From the NCBI RefSeq assembly GCF_006345805.1, contig NC_043000.1:36270001-36334000 (forward strand): a stretch of 64,000 bases of DNA. The letters are read 5' to 3'. Source of the DNA: Octopus sinensis. Taxonomy: Eukaryota. The stretch's first letter is position 1; each line of letters begins with the position of its first letter. The notes under the pieces are model-generated. The model was not told the DNA's origin, did no database searches, and worked only from the letters and a program-made list of their open reading frames with translations. This document shows, one piece after another, positions 40,230 through 52,718 of the stretch. The translations under genes were made by a program, and so were the position numbers.

Positions 40230-40790
40230 CTCCGGACTATTTGCTGAGTGTCGATCAGTTCGATTCTTTCAAATTCCTGGAGTTTATTCTAAGTCGTTCG
40301 ATCAGTATTATATCTTGCATTGTCTAGTTGCAGAAAAGCTCGCCTTCGGTTCAAAAATACCAGGTATTTTGGCCGCACGATGGCATACATTCGCTGCAGT
40401 TGCTTGGAACACAGGTTGGTATCGATGGTTCGACCGTCCGGAACGAACTCTTTGTGAAGTTATTTCCACATTATTCCAACTTTGGCTACAGGTTCCCGAA
40501 GCTGGTCCTTGCTTAACCACTGCTTATGCTCGTTAGGATTATGGAGAAATATCTCTCCAGGGTTATTACTTGCTCCGATCACTGGTTCACTCTCTCTGCT
40601 TGCAACGCTTCATCAACCATGAGAGGAGGTGGAAGCTTCAATGAAGGAGTTCTTTGCCGCGAAGTACCAGAAATGGTATCAGCGTGGAATCAAAGAATTG
40701 GCAGAATGGTTGCATCGAACTATGCAACACGATGGCCTCTACTTTGAATTCTTGGTTGATTTTGTTCTAGCTTGAAGAATAAATCAAATC
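40230..40790. pseudogene. Mariner transposase remnant with internal inversion
   Basis: Minus strand ~40530-40230 reads QWLSKDQL...EFVPDGRTIDT...RRAFLQLDNAR...IEL. Plus strand ~40555-40750 reads YYLLRSLVHSL...EVEASMKEFFAAKYQKWYQRGIKELAEWL...HDGLYFE. Confidence 0.8.
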
Positions 40791-40881
40791 AGTTACCAAA
40801 AGATTGCAAAACTTTTGACTCAACATAAAATATGTGCGCGCGCGCGCGTATCCGCACGCATGCGTGTATGCATGCATGTAC

Positions 40882-40912
<31 letters not shown>

Positions 40913-42136
40913 TGTATGTATGTATGTATGTATGCATGTATGTACGCATGTATGTATATATGTATGTGTGTAGTCTATTTGAAAAATGTCGCATTTAATA
41001 GTTTGCCCTGCGGAAATCTTAACTAGTTTTATTATAGCTATCCTTGTGCAGGAGCAACTTGGTCTGAATAACAGCAACAGCAATAACAACGATAATAATA
41101 TCAATCACTGCAAAACAACAACTCCAGTGTAAAAAGATATTCGATCTAGTCAATTAATCTATAAAAAACAAAGCACAGAAGTTTATGAGGCTACAGTTTT
41201 ATTTGGCGGATTTTCCGCTACGTTGAGCAGACAAGAATGAGAAACGACAGGGTCTCGTTTCACTAAAATATAGTGTATCACGGATAAAAATTGTCCGCAG
41301 CTGTCTCTTCGTTCTAGACAAAGAATGAAAAAGTGGCAGTGGGTCATATACTCACCATTAGCGTCACCTAAAGGCAGAGACACTAGACTGTTGCCCTAAG
41401 TGCGTTGATGGCAATGCTAATCTCTGAATGGTGTAATTATGTATGAAGGCGTCCTACTGCATTGCTTCAACCGGGAGGCTACGGTACTGTTAAGACGTCC
41501 CAGAATAGTCCTACAAATTACTTGTAGGTAGTTAAATTATTCAATAATTTGACATCGGAGAGCTGGGAAATTGAAGAACGTGAAGTCAGATATATGCAAC
41601 GAAGTTATAACATTAGACTTTATTGGAATTTTTTTTATGTGGAATATCTATTTTCTTGTTTTACTGATAATTGACTCTAAGCATCCTAGACAGGCCAGTC
41701 TGTTCCCTTGGGGGGTTAAACATTTTATTATGTTACGTATATATTTTTTGAAGAAGAAAAAATGTTGCCCCTCTCTAAGTACGAGATTAGTTTTGTAAAA
41801 GAGTAAAATAAAAACAGCAGAGAAATAACTGGTTATTGATGGGAGAGAAAGAGAGGGAGAGACGAAGAGACAAGGAGGGAGAGAGAGTAAGGAAGGATGA
41901 GCGACGGTGGTGGGATAGGGAATGCATGGATGTTTCCAGGTATTAAGGAGCCTGGAATGGAGCCTGTTGTACGTGGCAATGCGAGCAGCTATTTTATTCG
42001 TGTCAAATCAGTACAAGCTATCAGTGAACGACAGACTTGACGATATGATGACAACTCTTGAAAGCGAATGCCATCTCTCTTCCCGTCTATTTGCGTTGCT
42101 GTCAACCACTGCTCTCCTCTCTCTACCTCTCCTTCT

Positions 42137-42167
<31 letters not shown>

Positions 42168-42550
42168 CACACACACACACACATACACGCACCATCTGAT
42201 TTTTTTTGTACTATTTTTGTGTGATGCTAACTCGGTACATTTGTTTTTATGAGTTCTAGTTATTTTACATTATTTTTTTTGCATAGCTTTTAACAGATAA
42301 ATTACTATCTACTTACATATCTAACATTTCTGCGAGTTGTGCAGAGACGTTCAACGTGAAGGTACGTAACTACTCACCACATACAGATACACATATAAAC
42401 AACACACTGATATATTATTGCACACGCCAACACATACGCACCCATATATATGTCATAATACATTCAGGGATACATGCATAATACAGAACAACAGCACAGC
42501 AAACACACACACGCATATATATATATGTGTGTGTGCGTGTATACATAAAC

Positions 42551-42593
<43 letters not shown>

Positions 42594-43420
42594 GAGAGAG
42601 AGAGAGAGAGAGAGAGATAGATGTTTATGTATACGCACACATGCATGCGCGTCGTAGTCATTGAGAAAGAGAGTTATGTAACATGAAACGCTTAACGCAT
42701 TCCCTCACACGTTCGGAGTTTACATCACAATGTAAGGAAATACGGAGAAAAGATCTATTTTTATAGCATCCGGAATCATACACAGACAAAAATGTACGCG
42801 TACACACACGTGCACACACATAGATACATGCACACACATACGCATAGACACATGTGCGCAAACACATATACGCACTTTAACATACACTGATATTACATAT
42901 TCTCACCAATACACACCACCACACTTATAGTATATATATAATATATATATTATATATATATTATATATATAAACGTGTGTTTGTATGTGTGTGTGTGTTG
43001 CGTGGGCGGTTGGGGGCGTGCATTTATGTATATATATCTATATATACGTATATATCTATATATACATACATGCACAACTATATATATATATTTATATATA
43101 TGTATGTGTACATACAATATATACTTACATACATACATATTATTATATATCTATATAAACTAAATGCACACACACACTATATATATATAATATATATATA
43201 TATATATTATATATCTATAATATATATATATTATATAATTAGGGCTTAGTAAAATAAATTACTTTGCCACATACTGAACTTAGTAGAAATAGCAGCCAAA
43301 AAAATTTTTATTACCATTTCTACTACTTAAACAATATTTCTCTCAGATAATGTTTACTCCAGACAGCTCACGAAGGTTTGGGGGTAAATACAGAAAAATA
43401 TCACAAGTACATAGATCGTG

Positions 43421-43477
43421 TGAGTACGTCAACGTTCAAGATTAGCCAAATAAAATCGCATTTCTTTCGTCAGCTCA
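43421..43477 (-). ncRNA. Type I HHR, array B unit 1 (GUA site at 43425)
   Basis: Minus strand UGAG-CUGACGA-AAGA...UCUU-GA(A)-ACGU UG ACGU-A/CUCA. One A of GAAA is missing here but present in unit 2. Confidence 0.7.
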
Positions 43478-43983
43478 AAATTTCTTAATTTGGATTTGGA
43501 AACACTAAAAAGAAGGAACTTTTACCTATCAGCGAACTTGTCGCTTCAGATGAAACCACTCCAACTAACAGTGTCAACAAATTCAAAATGCGCAGGCGTA
43601 AAATTCTGCACTCCCCATTCCACCCACGTGGTCTATCTAGCAACCATTATATTTTTACCGCGAGAACCAAGGCAGTATGATCGAGAGAAATGAATTATAA
43701 TATCAACAATGAGGGTAAAATTAATTAATAATCAATTTCACCAAGTGTTTCAGTATGTAAAAGGACCATTTAGAAGGCGAATTCAAAAATACCTTATATA
43801 ATTAGGGCTTAGTAAAATAAATTACTTTGCCACATACTGAACTTAGTAGAAATAGCCAGCCAAAAAAATATTTCTTAGCATTTCTACTACTTAAAGAAAA
43901 TTTCTCTCAGATAATGTTACTCCAGACAGCTCACGAAGGTTTGGGGGTAAATACAGAAAAATATCACAAGTACATAGATCGTT

Positions 43984-44042
43984 TGACTACATCAACGTTT
44001 CAAGATTAGCTAAATAAAATCAGCATTTCTTTCGTCAGCTCA
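43984..44042 (-). ncRNA. Type I HHR, array B unit 2 (site at 43988)
   Basis: Minus strand UGAG-CUGACGA-AAGA...UCUU-GAAACGUUGAUGUA/GUCA. Full core; G.U in stem III; mismatch at the first stem I pair. Confidence 0.65.
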
Positions 44043-44301
44043 AAATTTCTTAATTTGGATTTGGAAACACTAAAAAGAAGGAACTATACCTATCAGCGAA
44101 CTTGTCGCTTCAGATGAACCACTCCAACTAAACAGTGTCAACAAATTCAAAATGCGCAGGCGTAAAATTCTGCACTCCCCATTCCACCCACGTGGTCTAT
44201 CTAGCAAACATTATATTTTAACCTTAAATGGTCCTTTTACATACTGAACACTTGGTGAAATTGATTAATTAATTAATTGTTGATATATATATATATACAT
44301 A

Positions 44302-44592
44302 CAGTAAGCCCTCGACTATCGCGTGTTACGTTCCAAACTACCCGCGATATGTGAAAATTCGCGAAGTAGAAACAATAGTGCACTCATTACTCTCATTTTA
44401 CATTTTTTAGTCATTTGACTGCGGCCATGCTGGAGCACCGCCTTTAGTCGAGCAAATCGACCCCTAGTACTTATTCTATCGGTCTCTTTTGCCGAACCGC
44501 TAGTTAAGGGGACGTAAACACGCCAGCATCGGTTGTCAGGCGATGTTGGGGGTACAAACACGCAAACATACAAACGCACACACACACACACA

Positions 44593-44630
<38 letters not shown>

Positions 44631-44970
44631 TATATATATATATAATATATATAGATAGATAGATATATAACACATATACACGACGGGCTTCTTTCAGTTT
44701 CCGTCTAACAAATCCGCTCACAAGAATTTGGTCGGCCCGAGGCAATAGTAGAAGATACTTACCCAAGGTGCCACGCAGTGGGACTGAACCCAGAACCATG
44801 TGGTTCGTAAGCAAGCTACTTACCACACAGCCACTCCTGGGCCTATTTTTTTTCTTACTAATTTTTATAATTTGTATATATTTCATTATAAGTGCAAAAG
44901 GAATCGACGTAAGCTTAAAAAATAAACCGCGATAGGTCAAGCGCGATACGGGGTCGGGGTCGGATTACTG
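44302..44970 (+). mobile_element. Tigger/pogo-like MITE interrupted by a SINE
   Basis: TA|CAGTAAGCCCTCGACTATCGCG...CGGATTACTG termini; SINE family 1 nested at 44388-44838; homologous inverted copy at ~54918-55475. Confidence 0.6.
44388..44838 (-). mobile_element. SINE family 1, full length
   Basis: All family blocks present, including head CAGGAGTGGCTGTGTGGTAAGTAGCTTGC (minus). Confidence 0.9.
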
Positions 44971-45004
44971 TTTATATATAAATATATGCATGCACGTATG
45001 TATG

Positions 45005-45282
45005 TATTCTTTTATCCTTTTACTTTTAATCATTTGACTGCGGTCATGCTGGAGCAACGCCTTTAGTCGAACAAATCGATCCCAGGACTTATTCCTTGTA
45101 AGCCTAATATTTAGTCTGTCGTCTTTATGCCGAACCGCTATGTTACGAGGACGTAAACACACCAGCATTGGTTGTCAGGCGATGGTGGGGGAGGAACACT
45201 GACACACACACACACACACACACACCACACACAAATCCCAGAACCATGTGGTTGGTAAGCAAGCTACATACCACACAGCCAC
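45005..45282 (-). mobile_element. SINE family 1, internally deleted
   Basis: 3' block joined almost directly to the head. Confidence 0.8.
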
Positions 45283-45527
45283 ACACATACACAAACGCAC
45301 ACACACATACACACACACAGACACATATATATACGCATGCACACATACATACATACACACACATCTGTACACACACACACACGCATATATAATATATATA
45401 GAGCGAGACAATGATTCAAATAAACAGATAAAACTTTTGGTTTTAACGTAGAAAATATATATACATGAATACGTGCAAAAACAAGGCATCTAAAAAATTT
45501 CCAGATGATTTACTATTAGTAGAAAAA

Positions 45528-45586
<59 letters not shown>

Positions 45587-45960
45587 TATGCCTGCGTGGT
45601 AAGTAGCTTGCTTACCAACCACATGGTTCCTGGTTCAGTCCCACTTCGTGGCACCTTGGTCAAGCGTCTTCTACTATAGCTTCGGGTCGACCAAAGCCTC
45701 ATGAGTGGACTTGGTAGAAGGAAACTGAAAGAAGCCCGTTGTATATATATGTATATATATGTGTGTGTGTGTGTGTGTCTGTGTTTGTCTTCCCACCATC
45801 GCTCGACAAACTATGGTGTTTTTACGTCACCGTAAATTAGCGGCTCGACAAAAGCGACTGATAATATAAGTACTAGGCTTACAAAAAAATAAGTCCTGGG
45901 GTCGATTTCTTCGACTAAAGGCGGAACTCCAGCATTGCCGCTGTGAAGTGAATAAAAGAA
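45587..45960 (+). mobile_element. SINE family 1, near full length
   Basis: GTGGTAAGTAGCTTGCTTACCAACCACATGGTTCCTGGTTCAGTCCCAC head; inverted relative to the two preceding copies. Confidence 0.88.
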
Positions 45961-46873
45961 TTAAAGAAAAGAATAAAGTAATAGTGAAAGAGAGCAAGCT
46001 TACTCGGGTGACATACACTCCAAGTATGAGAAAGGAGAGGGTGTTACAGATCCGACAATTTTCTGAGTGCTCGGATTTACTTCCTAATGCTGGCAATTGT
46101 TGGTCGTAAAAACTTTGTACCCAGCAGCATTGACTATCCTTCAAATAGCACATACTACCCTTCTTATTTATGTCCTAATTTTCCACTCATGCGACTAATA
46201 CTAACTCTACTCATTCATTTATCTAGGAGTTATTTAGCATGGATTTGTTTGACATGCGTGAGGTGTGTAAATTGTGCTCGTATGATTCCCTTGTACGATA
46301 AGAGACGCAACCTCGATACCAAATCCAATTCACCATTGTGAACGTTGTATAGGAACATCTCGTTTTTCCAATTCACCAAAGCACAAGCTTCATGTGAAGG
46401 TTTAAGATGTTGCAGCCAAGCTGCCATGCAGACTTCATCGCTTATTTCCATTTAGGTACGGCCTAAATCGCTCCAGTATCCTGTAGATGATATTATATGA
46501 AGTTTCAGGGTTTCTTAATAACGATGTATACCTGGCTAAACCTGTCACATGTCTTTCCTAGAACTTCAAAGCGGAACTTTGATTATGCTGCAGCTCGGTT
46601 TTGATGCGTTTTATACCTTTTGAGCCCGCTACAAAAAACATGATTTGCCTGAGAAATATTAGCGCTACATTTGATATGTATATATATATATATATATAAT
46701 CATTCATAGACACGCACAATTGAATATCATTTTCAGTTTTATTTCAAGATATCTTGCCAATGGCGAAAGAGCCCGGTTTCTAACCTAGATCAAAGCACCT
46801 TCAGGATTTCAACATCAACATGTATGCCTGTCTCTCTATCTGTCTGCCTCTCTGTATGTCTCTCTCCCTATCT

Positions 46874-46938
<65 letters not shown>

Positions 46939-46981
46939 TATATATATCATATATATTATATATATATATATATATGAATAC

Positions 46982-47046
<65 letters not shown>

Positions 47047-47231
47047 TATATGATATATATACGTGTCTGTCTGTCTGTCTTTCCATCTATCATTATTCAC
47101 ATTATTCATATATACATATGTTCCCATTGCGTCTTCTCCCTAGCTATGAAACTAATACAGCTACCACCATCACCACCACCACCACCACCACCACCACCAT
47201 CACCACTACTACTACTACTACTACTACTACA

Positions 47232-47293
<62 letters not shown>

Positions 47294-47842
47294 CACTACC
47301 AACAACAACAACAACAACGACAACATCCTTCTATTTACATCAGTGACATAGTTAAATAAGACACAATTACATTAATTAGCAGCAAAACATAATTTCTACT
47401 GTAGCTGTAATTATTGTTTTAACAATAATTATGGCTAACCCATAATTAGCGATTCTTGTCGATGTTGGTCTGGCTTATTTCTATTTTATCACCTACTTAA
47501 AAAATACTATTTAGCAGATTGCATCATTTACTTGTTACTCTATGTCTTTTTCGAATTTCATTCTCGAAAAAAAGGAAAAAAATTAATTTAAATCTGTATT
47601 TTAGCAATGGTTCTTGTTGTTGTTATTGCTGTTTAACCACGAGTAATTCTTGATAATGCAGATTTATGAGCAGAAGACTGCAGCGTGTGTGTCACGTCCT
47701 GTTATATTTTGAAAACTTCATTTTTTAATGTTCTTAGTTTTCAACGTGTTGTAGTGGAATATGAAGGAAATTTAGGTTTTATTTCAAGCATTTGCAACGA
47801 GTCAGAAGACATAAACACGCACATATAACCATACATATGTAT

Positions 47843-47894
<52 letters not shown>

Positions 47895-48509
47895 AATAAA
47901 CTGTGCCGTTATTGGTGAGATCAACCAAATATTCACTCCATCCAGCTGGAGATAAAAGATCATCTGGTAATCACTGAATGTAAACTCGAGTCATAATTAG
48001 TTTGATGTTGTGAAAACACAATAGTCGCAGAATCATAAATAGCCTACCGGGTCTTTCCAAGCAAATATTCAAAATCATATTGACAATATGGTCGGTCTTT
48101 GAGAAAGAAAATAGGGAAAGGACACATGAAAGATAAAAAGACACGAGAATCAACAAAAAAAATTGGTTTTGAATGAACATGGGTATTTAGAAAAACACGA
48201 AGAGGAATTATGAAGATGTAACTGGACAGGAAATGTAAAAAGGGAGTCATGAGAGTAAAAATTTCCATAAACCAACACTGGAATATCTTGTGGAAATATC
48301 CGGTGGTTTATCCTTAATTCCTGCTAAGATGTAATTTGTAAAATGCGGATATAATAAAAAAAAATATCAAACCGCTGGTGTTTGTACAGCCCCTGGAGAT
48401 ATTTAAAAGATGCAGTTTTTCAAGAGAGCATAGTAAACATCTTGACTCGTTAAAATAAGGCATTTGTTCCCAACCTGTGGTCTGCGGACCTTTGGTGGTC
48501 CGCAAAGGT

Positions 48510-48845
48510 AGTGCTTAGTGGTTAGAGCGTCGAACTTACGATCGTGAGATTGTGAGCTAGATTCCCAGATCGGGCTGCTTGTTGTGTTCTTGAGCAAGAC
48601 ACTTTATTTCACGTTACTCCCGTTCACTCAGCTGTAGAAATGAGTTTCGATGTCACTGGTGCCAAGCTGTATCGGCCTTTGCTTTTGCCTTGGATAACAC
48701 TGGTGACGTGGAGAGGAGAAGCCGGTATGCATGGGTGACTGCTGGCCGTCCATAAACAACCTTGCCCGGGATTGTGGCTGGGAGGCTAACTTTCTAGGTA
48801 ACTTTCTAGGTGTAATCCCATGGTCATTCATGTGCGAAGGGGATC
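48510..48845 (+). mobile_element. SINE family 3 variant (tRNA head TAGTGGTTAGAGCG)
   Basis: A-box, degenerate B-box CTAGATTCCC, body TTGAGCAAGACACTTTATTTCAC shared with the 58608 copy. Confidence 0.75.
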
Positions 48846-48859
48846 TCCATATATATAGA

Positions 48860-49045
48860 TATATTCTTTTATTCTTTTATTTGTTTCAGTCATTTGACTG
48901 TGGCCATGCTGAAGCATCGAGCCCAGGATTTATTCTTTGTAAACCTAGTACTTATTGTATTGTTCTCTTTTGCCAAACCGCTAATTTACGGGGACGTAAA
49001 CACACCAACATCTGTTGTCAAGCGATGGTTGGGGGACAAACACAG
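48860..49045 (-). mobile_element. SINE family 1, 3' fragment
   Basis: Shared 3' block. Confidence 0.8.
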
Positions 49046-49084
49046 ACTCACAAACATACAGACCATCAGATGTTGCTACACATC

Positions 49085-49340
49085 GCTGGTCACAATGCGT
49101 TCGCATTGTTTTAGCCTTCGAATGACGCCACCCCGCTGGATAAGCGAGCAGGCCAACAGAAGAACGAGTGAGAGAAACAGTGGTGAAAGAGTACAGCAGG
49201 GATCACCACCCCCTGCCGGAGCTTCGTGGAGCTTTTAGGTGTTTTCGCTCAATAAACACTCACGACACCCGGTCTGGGAATCGAAACCGCAATCCTACGA
49301 CCGCGAGTCCGCTGCCCCAACCACTAGGCCATTGCCCGCC
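49085..49340 (-). mobile_element. SINE family 3, 5' part
   Basis: GGGAATCGAAACCGC...CCAACCACTAGGCCATTGC is the reverse complement of a tRNA head; matches 62520-62700. Confidence 0.8.
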
Positions 49341-50084
49341 TCCCCCACACACACACACCCACATCACCACATAATATATATATATATATATATAATATAT
49401 AATGCACATATATATGCACATATATATATGCACATATATAAGGATAGGCATATTAGAAGGGGGGCCGTGGTAAAAATCATTAAAATAAAAGGGTTGGGAA
49501 TCCCACTCTCAGGGACCACCGTGAAAAGTTTGGGAAGCACTGCTGTAAGGTTTGCTGGTAAAAAAGATCTTTCTTTCGATGTTGTTGCTGATGGCCCCTT
49601 CCTTGAATCTCAAAATTTATACTGAGATGATTGCTGCATGTTTCTCTTCGGTCTGTCTAGTGATAAAAAGATTGTTGTATCTGAATTTAAATTGTCATTC
49701 CATGAACCTTATATACAGTTTAATCCTTGTCCGGCCAGTGACATAGTTTGCCGCTATCTTGTGCTTCATATAGAACGGAGAATATATCGCATGCCTGCAC
49801 TAGAGAACATATAAATTTGCTTTTGTATGTGCATCCAGGAACATCCTTACTAAAACTGAACCCCGATTTGCTGCTTGGCCTTCTCTAAAGACACCTTCCC
49901 CTTTAAATACTGTTTATATCGAATGCAGCTATTAAACTGTTTTGTTGTTTTCCAGAAAATTAAATAGCGAAATATATTGATTAAAAACCCCGGATTGCTA
50001 TAATTCGAAAGCCCCTTTTTCTGGCTTTATTAAAAATAAATTTACTCTCTCAACTGGTCGGCTACTATACTCTGTGTTCAAATT

Positions 50085-50225
50085 CGGCCCCAGGACTTAT
50101 TCTTTGTAAGCCTAGTACTTATTCTATCGATTTGTTTGGTCGAACCGCCAAGGTACGGTAAACTAAACACACCAGCATCGGTTGTCAAGCGATGTTAAGG
50201 GGAGGGATACAAGCACAGACAACAC

Positions 50226-50271
<46 letters not shown>

Positions 50272-50341
50272 CTCTCTCTCTCTCACACACACCCACACAC
50301 ATATATATATACGACGGGCTTCTTTCAGTTTACGTCTACCA
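50085..50341 (-). mobile_element. SINE family 1, partial
   Basis: Shared blocks CCCAGGACTTATTCTTTGTAAGCC and ACGACGGGCTTCTTTCAGTTT. Confidence 0.8.
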
Positions 50342-50457
50342 ATATATATATATGCAGTTACACACATATAGAAAAATATATGCATTTATATATATATATA
50401 TCTATATATATATATATATATATGCAGTTGCACACACACATATATAAAAATATATGC

Positions 50458-50504
<47 letters not shown>

Positions 50505-50924
50505 TATATATGCAGTTACACACACATATATAAAAATATTTGCATTTATATATATATAGATATATATGTATTTACAAACAGAAACTAACACATATACATA
50601 TATGTATGAATACATGGTTTCCATACAGAGGGCGCATCTTCAGTTGGGTGGTACGTAAATCTGCAGCTGCATGGAAAACCAATCTATTACAGATCAAACT
50701 TCTAAATTCGTTTTTATTCATCACCTCTACAGAGAAATATCGCAAAAAGTTGAAGTAAGACTCTTGTCGATTAACACAATCAAACGTCATCAGGTTCTTT
50801 TGTATTCAGGAGGTGAGTAAATGTCTGATCCTATCTGGTCTGTCTTTACTTGTTAGCAACATAATGGTGTTTGTGTGTGCGTTTGTGTCTCTTTGTTTGT
50901 GTGTATATGTATGTATATATATAT

Positions 50925-50960
50925 ATATATACACATATATATGTCATATATATGCATATG

Positions 50961-50996
<36 letters not shown>

Positions 50997-51033
50997 ATAT
51001 ATATATCCATATATGTGCATATGCATATATTGT

Positions 51034-51071
<38 letters not shown>

Positions 51072-51297
51072 TGTGTGTGTATAAAATGATATATATTTAC
51101 ACAAATACTCATACACACATATTGTGACACCCATTATACATTTACATACATCACATATATATACATATATATATAGTGGGTGTCACAATATGTGTGTATG
51201 AGTATTTGTGTAAATATATATCATTTTATACACACACACACATATATATATATCTATATATATATATATATTGGACATATATATGCATATGCACATA

Positions 51298-51341
<44 letters not shown>

Positions 51342-51370
51342 ATATATATAGACATATATATGTGTATATT
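50925..51370. repeat. Large fold-back inverted duplication (~200-bp arms, ~43-nt spacer)
   Basis: TATAAAATGATATATATTTACACAAATACTCATACACACATATTGTGACACCCA is mirrored exactly at 51177-51230; mirrored ORFs ([16 protein letters not shown]) appear on both strands. Confidence 0.85.
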
Positions 51371-51647
51371 ATATATATATATATATATTATATTATATGT
51401 ATAATATAATATTTAATTTTTTCCCACTAGGCCGCTGGTGGCAAAAAAATTCTACAAAATTTTTTTGGCACCCTATATTGATTAATTATGAATTTTCTGG
51501 TTAATTCCGTAATGGAATCGACGGCTTATATTTATTTGCTGCCGATAAATTTGGCGCGAGTGCGATGATTTGAAAATTTTAGGTCATATTAACTTGACTT
51601 GCAGGGTCGGAATGCCTCGTGAAAATATCTGGTTCCGACTTGTGGCT

Positions 51648-51752
51648 ATTTCTTACTGAAGAATCTGAGGGCCTATGAAGATTGGCTTGATTTAATTTAA
51701 TCAGGTTAGTTTACCATTAACAGCAGACGAAACGGTGCATCGTATAAGAAAT
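51648..51752 (+). ncRNA. Type I HHR with long stem II, array C unit 1 (GUA site, cut 51744/51745)
   Basis: AUUUCUUA-CUGAAGA-A UCUG...CAGA C-GAA-ACGG UGCA UCGU-A/UAAGAAAU. 8-bp stem I; A.C at the first stem II pair. Confidence 0.8.
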
Positions 51753-52130
51753 TACAGGGTAAATGTTTTTTAAATTTTCTCCTGTTTACGGAATTGACTT
51801 TTATTTGCGGTTGAAGCTTTGGCTGTTATTTCTAGTGGGTGAATGGCCTATTATGGCCGTTCCTTGATTGTTGATGTTGAACTAAAATGGTATATGACTA
51901 TTTAATTTTTTCCCACTAGGCCGCTGGTGGCAAAAAAATTCTACAAAAATTTGTTTGGCACCCTATATTGATTATTATGAATTTTCTGGTTAATTCCGTA
52001 ATGGAATCGACGGCTTATTTTATTTGCTGCCGATAAATTTGGCGCGAGTGCGATGATTGAAAATTTTAGGTCAGATATTAACTTGGCAGGGTCGGAAATG
52101 CCTCGTGAAAATGCTGTTCGACTTGTGGCT

Positions 52131-52234
52131 ATTTCTTACTGAGAATCTGAGGGCCTATGGAAGATTGGCTTGATTTAATTTAATCAGGTAGTTACCATTA
52201 AACAGCAGACGAAACGGTGCATCGTATAAGAAAT
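52131..52234 (+). ncRNA. Type I HHR, array C unit 2 (site 52226)
   Basis: As unit 1, but the core reads CUGAGA (one A missing, possibly a read error). Confidence 0.65.
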
Positions 52235-52612
52235 ACAGGGTAAATGTTTTTTAAATTTTCTCCTGTTACGGATTGACTTTTATTTGCGGTTGAAGCTTTG
52301 GCTGTTATTTCTAGTGGGTGAATGGCCTATTATGGCCGTTCCTTGATTGTTGATGTTGAACTTAAAAATGGTATATGACTATTTAATTTTTTCCCACTAG
52401 GCCGCTGGTGGCAAAAAAATTCTACAAATTTTTTTGGCACCCTATATTGATTAATTATGAATTTTCTGGTTATTCCGTAATGGAATCGACGGCTTATATT
52501 TATTTGCTGCCGATAAATTTGGCGCGAGTGCGATGATTTGAAAATTTTAGGTCAGATATTAACTTGGCAGGTCGGAAATGCCTCGTGAAAATATCTGTTC
52601 CGACTTGTGGCT

Positions 52613-52718
52613 ATTTCTTACTGAAGAATCTGAGGGCCTATGGAAGATTGGCTTGATTTAATTTAATCATGTTATTGTTACCATTAAACAGCAGACGAAA
52701 CGGTGCATCGTATAAGAA
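52613..52718 (+). ncRNA. Type I HHR, array C unit 3 (site 52712)
   Basis: Full CUGAAGA core and GAAACGGUGCAUCGUA/UAAGAA. Confidence 0.8.

Larger units (their letters stand above)
43231..44286 (-). repeat. HHR-containing tandem array B (563-bp period) with inverted terminal segment
   Basis: Units start at 43231 and 43794; 44222-44286 is the reverse complement of ~43700-43777; (TA)n on both sides. Confidence 0.88.

Noticed and set aside
46090-46460. Possible very old RTE fragment on the minus strand (LHGS...)
   Set aside because: Similarity limited to a few residues across frameshifts.
48462-49545. Possible hAT MITE ends (CATTTGTTCCCAAC...TTTGGGAAGCACTG) enclosing three SINEs
   Set aside because: Left TIR is degenerate and the 8-bp flanks (AAATAAGG versus CTGTAAGG) match only partly.
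50760-50800. Minus-strand CUGAUGA
   Set aside because: No GAAA box and no stem I complement.
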